Shown piece by piece: positions 55,144-55,252 of a stretch of 55,252 nt of DNA. The DNA is taken from the NCBI GenBank assembly GCA_020441135.1, contig JAGRMS010000291.1, positions 1-55,252 on the forward strand, given 5' to 3'. The notes under the pieces are model-generated. The model did not search any database, had not been told where the DNA came from, and saw only the letters and a program-made list of their open reading frames with translations. The position numbers and the translations under genes were made by a program. The first letter of the stretch is position 1, and every line of letters starts with the position of its first letter. The DNA is from Pseudooceanicola sp. GTDB lineage: Bacteria; Pseudomonadota; Alphaproteobacteria; Rhodobacterales; Rhodobacteraceae.

Positions 55144-55252
55144 GTAGGGTGCGCAATCTGCCCACCGATACGCCGACCGGAGCCGACCCGCAGGGCGGGC
55201 AATCTGCCCACCGATGCGCCGACCGGGCACGACCCGTAGGGTGGGCAACCTG
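55144..55252 (+). repeat. Tandem REP array, 46-bp period (runs off the window)
   Basis: GTAGGGTG(G/C)GCAATCTGCCCACC-like units starting at 55144, 55190 and 55236, with near-identical linkers. Confidence 0.8.

Noticed and set aside
55144-55252. Possible CRISPR array
   Set aside because: Linkers are near-identical rather than unique spacers, the unit is a GTAG REP, and no cas genes are present

Overview
GC-rich alphaproteobacterial DNA, with proteins that look like those of Rhodobacterales/Roseobacter. About 48 kb (5029-53124) is an essentially complete, self-contained flagellar gene cluster. It encodes the export gate, ATPase, C/MS/P/L rings, rod, hook, one short flagellin, stators, a lytic transglycosylase and putative glycosylation genes. 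It resembles the horizontally mobile second ('fla2'-type) flagellar systems of Rhodobacteraceae. Embedded in it is what appears to be a private regulatory circuit: a CtrA-like regulator with a degenerate receiver plus perfect CtrA boxes, an RpoH-derived sigma factor, two MucR/Ros proteins (one is only the DNA-binding domain), a second atypical OmpR regulator, and a CHASE-kinase/receiver/Hpt/degenerate-GGDEF phosphorelay. No che genes are present in the window. The cluster directly abuts a reduced repABC-type replicon: repA lacks its Walker A motif, repB is absent, the ctRNA and repC are intact, and there is a possible parS remnant at the junction. The replicon is preceded by an Xre/RES toxin-antitoxin pair, an orphan bhcC-like aldolase and a partial MFS gene. 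A PAS histidine kinase closes the window. REP-like and MITE-like repeats fill several intergenic gaps. All calls come from motif recognition by eye; no database searches were run.
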